DNA of 62,986 nt, counting the filler, from Octopus bimaculoides (Eukaryota): the NCBI RefSeq assembly GCF_001194135.2. It is 6 parts of 6 records of this genome, joined end to end, with 100 filler letters (N's around TTAATTAATTAA, not from the genome) between each part and the next. Parts side by side here need not be neighbours in the genome. Positions count along the whole stretch, not along the records: positions 9,305 to 25,812 come from NC_069000.1; 5 more parts are not named here. One strand, written 5' to 3'. The position numbers were made by a program, and so were the translations under genes. The notes under the pieces are model-generated. The model worked only from the letters and a program-made list of their open reading frames with translations. It was not told the DNA's origin and did no database searches. This document shows, in pieces, positions 11,571 through 23,603 of the stretch; position 1 is the first letter of the stretch; each line of letters begins with the position of its first letter.

Positions 11571-14500
11571 ATGGTGATTAAGTTGTGTAAATGTGCGTGG
11601 CCTGGGGTCGAAATGGAAGCAGACATGCCTCCTAGACGACCTCAGGTCACGAGAGTCAGACATATATGTTGTGACTGAGTCCAAGTTCAACGGCCCACAG
11701 GCGTTCTCGCCTCTTCTGAACGACTACGAGAAATTTATTTCTTCGAGTCAAGGAAGGGGTGGGGGCGTAGTGGTGCTGTTAAAAAAAGCTTGGACGTACA
11801 GGTAAGTACAGTCTTTCTAGACCCAGAAGGTAGGTTGGTCGTTCTAGATGTGACACACGTGAGTAAGCAGTCCTTCAGGTTGGTGACAGTCTATGCTCCA
11901 AATGAGGATAGACAAACGGTTTTCTTTCGAGACTTGGAGAATTTCCTAGTTGAAAACTTTAGTTTTAACAGGAGACTTCAACACTATTCTTGATGCGCGA
12001 GTGGATAGTGTAGGCTCGACTAATAGAAAGGGAAGCCCTGGCCTAAAAAGGCTACTAGCGAGCTATAAACCACTACAGACTGGATGAACCGCTCGTTCCA
12101 CAGTGGACGTGGTCTAATAACGACGGTTCACTTAGGTCATACTTAGATAGGGTTATTATAAAATATAGTGATAGAGATATAGTTAGCTGTCCACATTTTC
12201 ATTGTACCTCTTACACAGATCACACATTTGTGACGTGTGAGGTACAACTAGCTCGGGTACTGGAAGATGAACAAGTCTATTTTGACTAGTAAAGTCTTCC
12301 GTACCCGGGTTAAGGAGTTAGTTCAGAGGGCATTATGCGGATCCATCATCAATAACAGATGGTGGTGCGCCCTCAAACGAGCCGTTCGATTAGAGTCTCT
12401 TAAATTTAGTAAAGAGCTAAGTTTAGAGGGGACTAGAATAGAAGGGCAGTTAACTAAGGAATTAGAGGAGGCCACAGCATCAGGCTCTGCATCCAGAGTG
12501 TTGGCGGCGAGAACGGTATTATTCCGACACCTCCAAGCCAAACACGAAGGGTGTAGAGTCAGGGCTAAGTTACGTGCAGTGGGCAGAGAAGGTATTAACG
12601 TTGCTGGATGGNNNNNNNNNNNNNNNNNNNNNNNNNNNNNNNNNNNNNNNNNNNNNNNNNNNNNNNNNNNNNNNNNNNNNNNNNNNNNNNNNNNNNNNNN
12701 NNNNNNNNNNNNNNNNNNNNNNNNNNNNNNNNNNNNNNNNNNNNNNNNNNNNNNNNNNNNNNNNNNNNNNNNNNNNNNNNNNNNNNNNNNNNNNNNNNNN
12801 NNNNNNNNNNNNNNNNNNNNNNNNNNNNNNNNNNNNNNNNNNNNNNNNNNNNNNNNNNNNNNNNNNNNNNNNNNNNNNNNNNNNNNNNNNNNNNNNNNNN
12901 NNNNNNNNNNNNNNNNNNNNNNNNNNNNNNNNNNNNNNNNNNNNNNNNNNNNNNNNNNNNNNNNNNNNNNNNNNNNNNNNNNNNNNNNNNNNNNNNNNNN
13001 NNNNNNNNNNNNNNNNNNNNNNNNNNNNNNNNNNNNNNNNNNNNNNNNNNNNNNNNNNNNNNNNNNNNNNNNNNNNNNNNNNNNNNNNNNNNNNNNNNNN
13101 NNNNNNNNNNNNNNNNNNNNNNNNNNNNNNNNNNNNNNNNNNNNNNNNGTTAGGGTTAAAGCAAATTTAAAATGAAAAAAGCAAATAAAACGAAGGTATG
13201 GAGATTAAATACACTTTACATCGCTTAATCAGCCAAAGGAGTAAATATAAACAACTGAATACTTGTCAGTGATTGGTTGAAATTATCGAAATAAGACAAT
13301 TTTTTACATGAAATAAATTCGAATACAAAAATATTTTTCTGTTCTATAACACAAAATAGATAAGTATACGAAGTTTGAAAGTCTTTCCGTACCAAAAACA
13401 CTACGTAAAACATTAATGAAAAATGTGGCCCCCGTTTTAAAATCGATCCGCCGAATGCGCTCGGGACAAGTCGCTGGGATTGGATGGTCTGCCCTTGTTC
13501 GGACACTTGCTGGCTTGCGTGTTCACGAACTGGCAACAGAATGGGAGAATTCCCAGCTCTATGAGTTGGGGGAGTGGTAACACTGGTCAGAAAAGACCCG
13601 AGCAAGGGGGATCATATTAGTAATTTCAGGCCCATAATTCTAATAAATGTAGAGTTAAAGATTTTGGCCAAGGTGTTAGCAAAAAGGTTGATGGTTGTGG
13701 CGGAGAAACTTGTTGGAAAGCCGCAAGCTTGTGCCATCCCTGGCAGGTCGATCCAGGACAATCTTCCTCTATTACTCTACACTTTAGACAGGGTGGGTAA
13801 AATATCCGGTAAAGGTGGAGCACTGGTCCATTTAGACCAAAGTAAAGCTTTCGATGGGGTTAGCCATCGGTACCTGGTGTCATTCCTTGAGGTGGTTGGG
13901 CTGGTCCCAGATTTCCGCGGTTGGATCAAGGCCATTTATGGTGGCATCAAATCCACAGTCCAACTGAACGGTTACTTGTAGGAGCCGTTCGAGATCAAGC
14001 GTTCAGTTCGTCAAGGGTGCCCCCTATCTCCGATCCTGTATGTACTGACTCTCGAGCCATTGCTGCGGAAGTTGGAGAATTTGGGAAGCACCTCTAATGA
14101 AATAGGATGTGTGAAGAGTGTCTCTGCATATGCGGATGACGTCACCATCACCGTATCCAAGATGACTCAGCTACCTCGTGTGGCTGACGCAATCAGAAGA
14201 TACGAGACGGTGGCAGGGGCAAAAGTTAACAAGGACAAGTCTGTCGGTTTGCGGCTCGGCACCTGGAGCAGCAAGCCGATAACGTCCAGTGTCGTAGGGC
14301 ACTGGACGGATGGTCCTGTTAAGTTGCTCGGAGTTTGGTTTGTTTCGGACTCCCAGACGGAGAAAAATTGGAGTGAGGTGACGGACAGGGTAGAAGCGCT
14401 AACTCGGACCTGGTCCGTAAGGGCGCTGTCTCTGAAAGGAAGGGCGGAGGTGGTGCAGACGTTTATTGCGTCAGTTATCACCTACTGCCTGACCGTCGTC

Positions 14501-14750
14501 CCTTGCCCCGATTCGTGGCTAAACAAGTTGGTTCGGATTCTTTTCTGCTTTTTGTGGAGGGGAAAGCCGCTTGTGAGGCACTCCGTGTGCTGTCAAGAAC
14601 CGTTAAAGGGTGGCCTGGGGATGCTGTGGTTGTTGATGTGCAGGCATGCACTGAGACTAAGGTATCTCTGGCTTTACCTGGATGGTGGTCAGGTGTGGAA
14701 TTCGCTTGCAGAGGAATTCTTTCTACGACCAGCCTCCTTGGAGGAATTTA
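11571..14750 (+). pseudogene. LINE ORF2: APE endonuclease plus reverse transcriptase (L1/Tx1 type)
   Basis: CVNVRGL, ESK, KSLGLDGLP, NFRPIILIN.ELKILAK, LDQSKAFD, QGCPLSP, YADD, GAKVNKDKS and KGGLG motifs; several stops and frameshifts. Confidence 0.92.
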
Positions 14751-15680
14751 AACCCGGTTTGATTAAAACCGGTTTGAGTGCCCAGAACACCGATTTTAGG
14801 GCAAAATAATATGAAAAAGCATTCTTAAAATTATTTATTTACTGCTTTAATTATCATGCTAANNNNNNNNNNNNNNNNNNNNNNNNNNNNNNNNNNNNNN
14901 NNNNNNNNNNNNNNNNNNNNNNNNNNNNNNNNNNNNNNNNNNNNNNNNNNNNNNNNNNNNNNNNNNNNNNNNNNNNNNNNNNNNNNNNNNNNNNNNNNNN
15001 NNNNNNNNNNNNNNNNNNNNNNNNNNNNNNNNNNNNNNNNNNNNNNNNNNNNNNNNNNNNNNNNNNNNNNNNNNNNNNNNNNNNNNNNNNNNNNNNNNNN
15101 NNNNNNNNNNNNNNNNNNNNNNNNNNNNNNNNNNNNNNNNNNNNNNNNNNNNNNNNNNNNNNNNNNNNNNNNNNNNNNNNNNNNNNNNNNNNNNNNNNNN
15201 NNNNNNNNNNNNNNNNNNNNNNNNNNNNNNNNNNNNNNNNNNNNNNNNNNNNNNNNNNNNNNNNNNNNNNNNNNNNNNNNNNNNNNNNNNNNNNNNNNNN
15301 NNNNNNNNNNNNNNNNNNNNNNNNNNNNNNNNNNNNNNNNNNNNNNNNNNNNNNNNNNNNNNNNNNNNNNNNNNNNNNNNNNNNNNNNNNNNNNNNNNNN
15401 NNNNNNNNCACACACACACACACACACACACACGCTTTAATCAGCTTTATAAAACGAACGTCCAAGTATTAGCAATAATTTATTATCAGTCTTAAACTTT
15501 TAGTTTGCTTCGTAACAGTAGGTTTGGAATAATTCTGTATTTGTGTAACATGATTGTGTGAAGCTAGGCTACAATTAAATTGGTTAATCAATGTTTTTGC
15601 AATATAATCTTGCCCAATCATACACTTTATAAGAGTATTGTTAACATCTACCAATATACTACATCTATTAACTATCATTA

Positions 15681-15894
15681 TCTTTTATCTTTTATTTGTT
15701 TTAGTTATTTGACTGCGGCCATGCTAAGACACCGCCTCGAAGAATTTCTAGTCGAATGAATCAATCCAAGTTTTTCACTTCCTTTTTTTTAATAAAGTCT
15801 GGTACTTATTCTATCGGTCTTTATTGCTGAACCGCTACATTATGGGGACGTAATACACCGGCATCGGTTTTAAAGCGATCACGAGGGGCGCACG

Positions 15895-15944
<50 letters not shown>

Positions 15945-16100
15945 ACGAACATAAGACGGACTTGTTTCAGTTTCCGTCTACCAAATCCACTCACAAGGCT
16001 TTTGGTCGGCTGAGGCTATAGTAGAAGACACTTACCCAAGGGCCAAACAGTGGGACTGAACCCGTAATAAGCTTCTTACCGCACAACTACGCCTGCGCCT
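15681..16100 (-). mobile_element. Full-length tRNA-derived SINE with internal (CA)n
   Basis: Reverse complement of the 16742-17176 family: GGGACTGAACCC (B-box), TTTCAGTTTCCGTCTACCAAATC, GACTGCGGCCATGCT. Confidence 0.9.
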
Positions 16101-16741
16101 ATTATCATATTAACAATGTTTCCACACTTTATTTTATTACTTCTGTGGCAATGCTATGTCTTTATCCATTAAGCAAGCATCTATTCGCCAACAGCAGTGA
16201 TGGACCCTAACCCTAACAAAAAATTATCTCGCACTCTTTTTTAGAAGTGCGACTCACCTAATGAGGATCCATATCTCATGTGGTCCACTTCGCGAAAGCG
16301 GTTACCATGCCTGTTCTACAGTATAGTTACTACTTTAGAATTACCTGATGTTGTTGCACATATTAGTCACCCCAGAATTATCGTAACCTTCAACTGAAAA
16401 GTCCAGACAGTTGATCCTATTTACATCCTTGCCACTTCTGCATGCCCCCAAACGCCAAGGATAAATCATTATTTAACAAATTCTCGAAAAATGAAAAAAA
16501 TTGGAAGTGAAAATATCTTTATACCTCAACAGATAATAAGTTGCTCAATCAAATCTGACATCTTCCTTTTCCATTAATCACTAAGAAAACTAAACCTACA
16601 AAGAAACAAATACAAGTCAGCTAATAAAAGAACCCGATTACTCCGCTTCCCATGGAAATGTCTCTGACTTGTCTAAATATGCATTATCTATAACAAACTC
16701 AACCAATTCATTTAACTCATCTGTTGTTTCTTTTTAAAACT

Positions 16742-16915
16742 AGGCGCAGGTTTGACTGTGAGGTAAGAAGTTTGTTCCCCAATCACATGGTCCCGGGTTC
16801 AGTCCCACTGCGTGGCACATAGGCCAAGTGTCTTCCATTATAGCCTCCGGGCAACCAAAGCCTTGTGATTAGATTTGGTAGACGGAAACTGAAAGTAGCC
16901 TGTCGTATATATCTA

Positions 16916-16948
<33 letters not shown>

Positions 16949-17176
16949 CTTTGTGTCTATGTTTGTTCCCCTCACCACTGCTTGATAACCGGTGCTGGTG
17001 TGTTTATGTCCCCGTAACTTAGCGATTCGGCAAAAGAAACGGTCAGAATTACCAAGTTTTACAAAAAAAAAAAAGAAAAAAAGCAAATATGTCGATAAAT
17101 TTCGAGTAAAATTTCTTTAAGGCGGTGCCCCAGAATGGCCGTAGTCTAATGACCGAAAGAAATAATAGATAAAAGA
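16742..17176 (+). mobile_element. Full-length tRNA-derived SINE with internal (TG)n
   Basis: A-box-like TGACTGTGAGG, B-box GGTTCAGTCCC (16796-16806), GATTTGGTAGACGGAAACTGAAAG core and A-rich tail. Confidence 0.9.
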
Positions 17177-17629
17177 TAGTAAACTCACTGTATCTGATAT
17201 TTGACGTAGAGCTAACTCCATTTTAAACTGATATATACTTATTTCCGTACACAATCATTCATTTCCAGCGTTTTCCGGTTTGTTTTATCTAAATTTGCAT
17301 GCAATGTAGAAACATTTAATACATGCTACACAAGTGTGTGTGTGTGTGTTTATTTGTGTTTTTTTAAATTTTATATGTACTAAAATGGTCAGAGAAATGA
17401 ATATAATGCCTGTCATATATGCATTTATATGTGACTAAATATACCGCTATGTATACACAAAATCACGTTTTTTATTTTTACTATCAACACCTAACAAAAG
17501 TATTACATGTCAAGAAAGATATACATTTCTTTTCGTCTTTTAAGATAAAGCAGTTAAACCACTGCTGACGTCACATGAAACTAAGCTGTGATTCTATAGC
17601 GCTTCGTCTCCAGTTCTGAGAAAAATCCA

Positions 17630-20275
17630 AAAGGTGTTCAGACAAGCTAAAAGGTTGGTCAATGAGCAAGGGATTTTATCACATCCTAACCATAGGAAAA
17701 GCACATTTCTTCAAGAAACTGCCAATTGTGTTTCTCAGTTTTATAAAAATGAAGTAAGCAGAGTTATACCATGGATAAAGGATTAAAAATCAGTAAAAAT
17801 TGATGGCAAAAGAGTCCATGAGCAAAAGTACCCCATACTTTGTAACNNNNNNNNNNNNNNNNNNNNNNNNNNNNNNNNNNNNNNNNNNNNNNNNNNNNNN
17901 NNNNNNNNNNNNNNNNNNNNNNNNNNNNNNNNNNNNNNNNNNNNNNNNNNNNNNNNNNNNNNNNNNNNNNNNNNNNNNNNNNNNNNNNNNNNNNNNNNNN
18001 NNNNNNNNNNNNNNNNNNNNNNNNNNNNNNNNNNNNNNNNNNNNNNNNNNNNNNNNNNNNNNNNNNNNNNNNNNNNNNNNNNNNNNNNNNNNNNNNNNNN
18101 NNNNNNNNNNNNNNNNNNNNNNNNNNNNNNNNNNNNNNNNNNNNNNNNNNNNNNNNNNNNNNNNNNNNNNNNNNNNNNNNNNNNNNNNNNNNNNNNNNNN
18201 NNNNNNNNNNNNNNNNNNNNNNNNNNNNNNNNNNNNNNNNNNNNNNNNNNNNNNNNNNNNNNNNNNNNNNNNNNNNNNNNNNNNNNNNNNNNNNNNNNNN
18301 NNNNNNNNNNNNNNNNNNNNNNNNNNNNNNNNNNNNNNNNNNNNNNNNNNNNNNNNNNNNNNNNNNNNNNNNNNNNNNNNNNNNNNNNNNNNNNNNNNNN
18401 NNNNNNNNNNNNNNNNNNNNNNNNNNNNNNNNNNNNNNNNNNNNNNNNNNNNNNNNNNNNNNNNNNNNNNNNNNNNNNNNNNNNNNNNNNNNNNNNNNNN
18501 NNNNNNNNNNNNNNNNNNNNNNNNNNNNNNNNNNNNNNNNNNNNNNNNNNNNNNNNNNNNNNNNNNNNNNNNNNNNNNNNNNNNNNNNNNNNNNNNNNNN
18601 NNNNNNNNNNNNNNNNNNNNNNNNNNNNNNNNNNNNNNNNNNNNNNNNNNNNNNNNNNNNNNNNNNNNNNNNNNNNNNNNNNNNNNNNNNNNNNNNNNNN
18701 NNNNNNNNNNNNNNNNNNNNNNNNNNNNNNNNNNCAATATCAACAAAATCATCTATTTTTCAGATGGTGCTGCTTCACAATATAAAAATTGTAAGAATTT
18801 TATGAACTTATGCTACCATTCTATAGATTTCGAAACTGATGCAGAGTGGTACTTCTTAGCTACTTCTCAGGGCAAGGGACCTTGTGATGGCTTAGGAGGT
18901 ACAATTAAACAAATGGCAACTCGGGCAAGTTTACAACGCCATTTCAAAAAACAAATCATGACTCCAAGACAACTTTATGATTATGGTCAGTAAAACATTC
19001 CTGGAATTTTATCTACTCCTCAAATGATGAAATGCAAAATGAGGAAAATCTATTGAGCGAGAGATTTAGAAATGCAAGTACAATTTCAGAGACACAAAAG
19101 TTACATTGCTTTATCCCAAATTCACCTTCAGAAATTATGGTAAAAATGATATCTACAATAGATAACTAAACTAAAATTAGAATCTCCATGCAAGATGCTA
19201 TTCAATTTGAGGATATAAAAGAGTTTGTAGCAGCAATCTGTGATGGTGACTGGTGGTTAGCCTGTGTTCTAGAAACATACCCAGAAACTATGCAAGTAAA
19301 ACTCATCTTTCTTGAACCCAAAGGACCTACATCATTATTTCAGTATCCTAAAAAATCAGATGTTTTAACAATGAGTTATTTAGACATCCTTTGTAAATTT
19401 GTCCCCAGAACTGCTACAGGAAGAACTTATACTTTGACAGAAAAAAGAAATGTAAAATGCATCACAATTATTAATTTCAAGAAAATTGTCTCATTAAATT
19501 TCGAAGAATTTAGAATTTCATCTAACAAGTACTTAATCATTTAAAGCAAGGCAAAAGTGGGAGGTTGGGACATGTAGCTTCATCTGCTAAGCTATCAGGA
19601 GTGGTCCCTTAGGTGATGGGGGATGCCAATAATTTGTTTGAAGATTCTAAGTGTTGGCAGTGGCATTTCCACCATTGACCAAAGCAGAGCTGAAAACGTA
19701 GTTACAGTTAAAGTAGATATTATTATTGAAATAATAAAAATGCTTATTTCGATTATCAGTAAGCAAGTTTTGATAATTTGTCACTACTTTTCACTATAAT
19801 TATATTTATTAAAAATACTTCCCATTGAGATCCTAGTATGAATTTTTTTTATGTGAGCTGTGACTAAGTAGGGCAATATTTGGACAAAATTTCAAAAAAA
19901 TCGATGACCATGTCTTTTGACCTATGAAAGGTCAAAAGTCAAACTTTAGATCAACTTTTTAATTTTTATTGTATGGAAAAAATACACAAGACAAAAGTTG
20001 TATATCTATTTAAATGCTTTAAAATGAAAACAAATTGAGCTTTCTAACTCAAATAGAAGCTGAGATATGACTTCTCAAAGTCATTGAGTAACCGAAAAAA
20101 TGCCACTTTTTTGAAAATTTCAAATGGTCATAGCCCAGCAAAACTCAGGTAAAAAAATATTTCATATTTAAGAGTTTCATAAGAAGGCCAATTAGTATGC
20201 AAAGTGTGAAAGAAATCGGTTTCGGTCACCTTCAATTCTTTAAAAAAATTGCGTTGATGTCGTACCAAATTATCC
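17630..20275 (+). mobile_element. Decayed DDE DNA transposon, most like Sola2; central part lies in an N-gap
   Basis: FSDGAASQYKN, AEWYFLATSQGKGPCDGLGGTIK, upstream FY..E.SR.IP..KD..SV..QK and downstream WWL..V...FLEP.GP..YP...TATGRTY; a terminus-like end at about 20250-20275. Superfamily assigned from motif recall. Confidence 0.75.
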
Positions 20276-20781
20276 TATTAAGAATTACCGATCGGCATTT
20301 TTCGAACAATTATGGTCCCTGTTAGTGTATATGTTTTCATTCATGTGCGTTAACTACAGAATTAGAACGCTTTAGTTCTTATTTTTAGCAATTTAGGAGT
20401 TTCCCAATACCCTAGTCACATTTAGTAACAATTATAAGTCTCTTTGGTGAAACATTGCAGACTGCAGTTTATATTAATTTTATATACGCGCAGCGAATCG
20501 CTAAATAATCCAGTAATTTGGATGGCATAAACATAAATACTTCTAGCGATGCAGGCCCAAAAAGACCGAACAATTGAGCGTGTTTAACTGATGAGGCAAG
20601 GGAAATTGCCGAAATTGAAGTCAGTATTAAGAATTCTCGATCGGCATTTTTCGGACAATTAAGGTCCCTGTTAGTGCATATGTTTTCATGTGCGTGAACT
20701 ACAGCATTAAAGCGCTTTAGCTCTTATTTCTAGCATTGTAGGTATTTCCTAACACCTTAGTCACATTTAGTGACAATTATA
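20276..20781 (+). mobile_element. Retrozyme-like head-to-tail repeat (349-nt period, about 1.45 units)
   Basis: 20276-20436 and 20625-20781 are direct repeats (about 19 mismatches and one 4-nt indel by manual count), with a hammerhead at the unit junction. Confidence 0.7.
20583..20631 (+). ncRNA. Type I hammerhead ribozyme motif
   Basis: TTTAA-CTGATGA-GGCAA(GGGAAA)TTGCC-GAAA-TTG(AAGT)CAG-TA-TTAAG: intact core, perfect 5-bp stem II, stem III with one U-G pair, GUA cleavage triplet, 5-bp stem I. Confidence 0.75.
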
Positions 20782-22461
20782 TATATATATATATCATTCA
20801 ACTACGGTAGTAGTTGAATAATATTCTTAAGGCCGCAATTTACTCACACGCAGCATCTTCAGAGCTTTGTCACTAATCCAGTTCTTAACTACATTGAAAA
20901 CTGTTAACACTTTTGAAGAGGGCTTGTCCCTAGTTACATTTTGGCATAAAAATTAAGATTTGGTCCAATAGAAAAAAGTTTACATCAAAATTTGTAGCAA
21001 CTTTATCGGAGAGTAACGGTTCAAATCAAGTTTAGATCTAAATAACATTTTTTTTTATTTTAAAAGCAAATTATATTTATCTTAGCTTCAATGATAGAAG
21101 AAAGCATGAAGAATTTCATANNNNNNNNNNNNNNNNNNNNNNNNNNNNNNNNNNNNNNNNNNNNNNNNNNNNNNNNNNNNNNNNNNNNNNNNNNNNNNNN
21201 NNNNNNNNNNNNNNNNNNNNNNNNNNNNNNNNNNNNNNNNNNNNNNNNNNNNNNNNNNNNNNNNNNNNNNNNNNNNNNNNNNNNNNNNNNNNNNNNNNNN
21301 NNNNNNNNNNNNNNNNNNNNNNNNNNNNNNNNNNNNNNNNNNNNNNNNNNNNNNNNNNNNNNNNNNNNNNNNNNNNNNNNNNNNNNNNNNNNNNNNNNNN
21401 NNNNNNNNTTCTATAAGGGAGTTTTAATATTTATCACCAGCATCATTGAGGTAAGGAAAAAATTATCAACGACGCCGCTAATTTGCAATTAGTTTAATCT
21501 ATGTTAATTAATGCAATTATATCATAAAAATGAAAAAAATATATATATAATTTACAAATTTTGGCAACAGCCTAGCCATTTTGGCAATCTTTCGTTTTAA
21601 CTCGAAGGCGTGTGCGCGCACCTCAGCTGTTACCTTACGGCGTTCGGTAAATTCCATAAAAAATTCGACATGCGAAGAGAGCCTTTCGGCCGCAAGGAAG
21701 ACGATACCGCCTTTATCCTTTCTTCCTTTCTAGTCAGCACCATGCATTCCTTACCCTTTCACTCTCTACTCACAGACAACCTTCTTCTAAACTATCAACT
21801 ACTAACCAACAAGCTATTCTTGTCACTATCACTAGAGTTGCTACAGTCTCTTTAATTACCTGTCGGGCAAACGAATAAACATATGTAAATAATATTTCTT
21901 CCTTCTTGGTGTTGATTCTTCGATGTTTACTGGTTACTCCGATGCGAGAACCTTGAAGTGTTACATCTAAACGCTACATTCAGTAGTGGGCTACATCATA
22001 TCGAATTGATATGGCACATCACATCTAGCCCGCTACAGACTAACAAAACGCAATGATTGTAACGTCATGATACTTTTTTTTCATGAGACTAAATGAAATG
22101 AATAGAATCTAGTGAGCATTGTAGAACACGAATATTCTCTAGCGGAAGATTTGACCAAATTATTTTTACTTCCTCTTGAATTTCTGCCCTATTGTTGTCT
22201 AAAGACTGGTCTAAGATTGAGAACCGTTGTAGCTTTCGGTCACATTCTCCACCGTCTGTATGTATTTATGGATGAAAAACTAACGGATCATTGGTTTAAT
22301 TATACAGTGATCTAGCTATCTACAGCGGGTATATGCATCCACACATGATGTAATTTTACAGTAGTTCATCCCTCTCAGCAAGATACAGCAAACATTGTTT
22401 CTAGTATTGTGTTCGGCTCCTGTATATAATTTTTCATTAATTGTCATGCAGCACCGAGCTC

Positions 22462-22830
22462 AAAATTTCTAATGGAGGAGTTTGAATAATTTACTCTTGG
22501 GAACATAGGTGTTTTGTTCATCATCCTTAAATACGCCTTATTCAGGGAACTTTTGAACGGGATAGGCTACTCGACCTGAAGAAAATCCTATCTGGGCTCC
22601 ATCTGCAAGGTCATGCGCTGTTCATCTTGATATAAGACCACCATATTGCGCCCATTTAGTTGTGATGCATGTGTCTGGTGTATCCTTATCAGACGGGTAG
22701 ACATGATGGGTATATTGGGCTTCGTATATTTATATTCTAGTGTTAGTTTGATGGCATGCGCTGCTCTTTCACACAGTAGTAGTAGCTGTGATGATGATGA
22801 TGATGATGATGATGATAACAATGATAATGA
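22462..22830 (+). mobile_element. Retroposon 3'-terminal fragment ending in a (TAG)/(GAT)n tail
   Basis: GC-richer segment ending in a trinucleotide tail; recognised by resemblance to common octopus LINE 3' ends, family not confirmed. Confidence 0.45.
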
Positions 22831-22832
22831 AA

Positions 22833-23049
22833 ATAATCCTTTCTATTATAAGTACAAGGCTTGAAATTTTGGGGGAGGGGTCTAGTCGATTACATCAACC
22901 CCAGTACTTGATTGGTGCTTATTCTATCGACCTCCAAAAGGACGAAAGGCGAAGTCGGCCTCGGTAGAATTTGAATTCAAAACATACGAAGGACGAAATG
23001 CCGCTAAGCGTTTCGCCCAGCGTGCTAACGAGTCTGTGAGCTCGCCGAC
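22833..23049 (-). mobile_element. tRNA-related SINE (second family)
   Basis: Reverse complement of the 2770-2938 family (GAATTTGAATTCA, CGTGCTAACGA, CTCGCC). Confidence 0.85.
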
Positions 23050-23094
23050 TTAATAATAGTAACAATAATAATAATTGTAGTAGAAAAGAAGAAC

Positions 23095-23472
23095 AAAGCA
23101 ATTATTATGGATGTTACTACAGGGAACTACAGGGTGAATGAGAAGGAAAGTGGGAAGGTGGAGAAATATCAGAAGCTGAAGAGGGAAATCAAGAAACTAT
23201 GGAGAATCAGGCACGTAGAAGTGGTACAGATTGTAATTGGCGCACTGCGAACGGTTAGTGAAAGGCTGGATGCATGGCTTGAGAAGCTAGGAATTACCAT
23301 CAGAAGGGGTTATTGCAAAAAACAGCCTTGTTAAGCAAGGATTCTAAGGATGGTGTTAGAAAGTTGAAGAAGGAATGATCCAAAGCATCTTTGGCCATTT
23401 GATATGGCTCTCTCTTTTGGCGTAGTGTCGGTATAACATCTGCCAGAGAAAAAGCGTCAACAACAACAACAA
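23095..23472 (+). mobile_element. 3' end of an R4/Dong/Hero-type non-LTR element: restriction-like endonuclease C-terminus, 3' UTR and (CAA)n tail
   Basis: DV...RVNEKE..KVEKYQKLKREI..LW....VVQIVIGAL, then LQKTALL-ARILRMVL after a frameshift. Confidence 0.85.
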
Positions 23473-23603
23473 ACACTGCAAGAAGGAATAAGTTTTGCTG
23501 CAGCAGAATAAATAACGATTAGAAAAGTCAAAGCGAAAAGCAAAACAATAACTTACAAAAGAAAACAATAATTTTAGGGAGATTAAAGGAAATCAAATCT
23601 TAC

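Larger units (their letters stand above)
9815..14750 (+). mobile_element. Long, decayed L1/Tx1-clade LINE (5' region, ORF1, ORF2), interrupted by a gap and an AT-rich insert (13148-13450)
   Basis: ORF1 zinc knuckle plus APE endonuclease and RT motifs in the correct order on one strand. Confidence 0.9.

Noticed and set aside
16205-16216. CCCTAACCCTAA (and TTAGGGTT near 13150), telomere-like
   Set aside because: Only two units; expected by chance or from a repeat remnant
16257-16393. Minus-strand splice-like signals and two small hairpins (GGATCCATAT/ATGTGGTCC; CGC-GAAA-GCG) after CTAATGAG
   Set aside because: No consistent open frame across plausible introns, and the core and stem spacing does not fit a hammerhead
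20830-20866. CTGAAGATGCTG on the minus strand next to the retrozyme
   Set aside because: Only the 5' half of a hammerhead core; no stem II closure or GAAA
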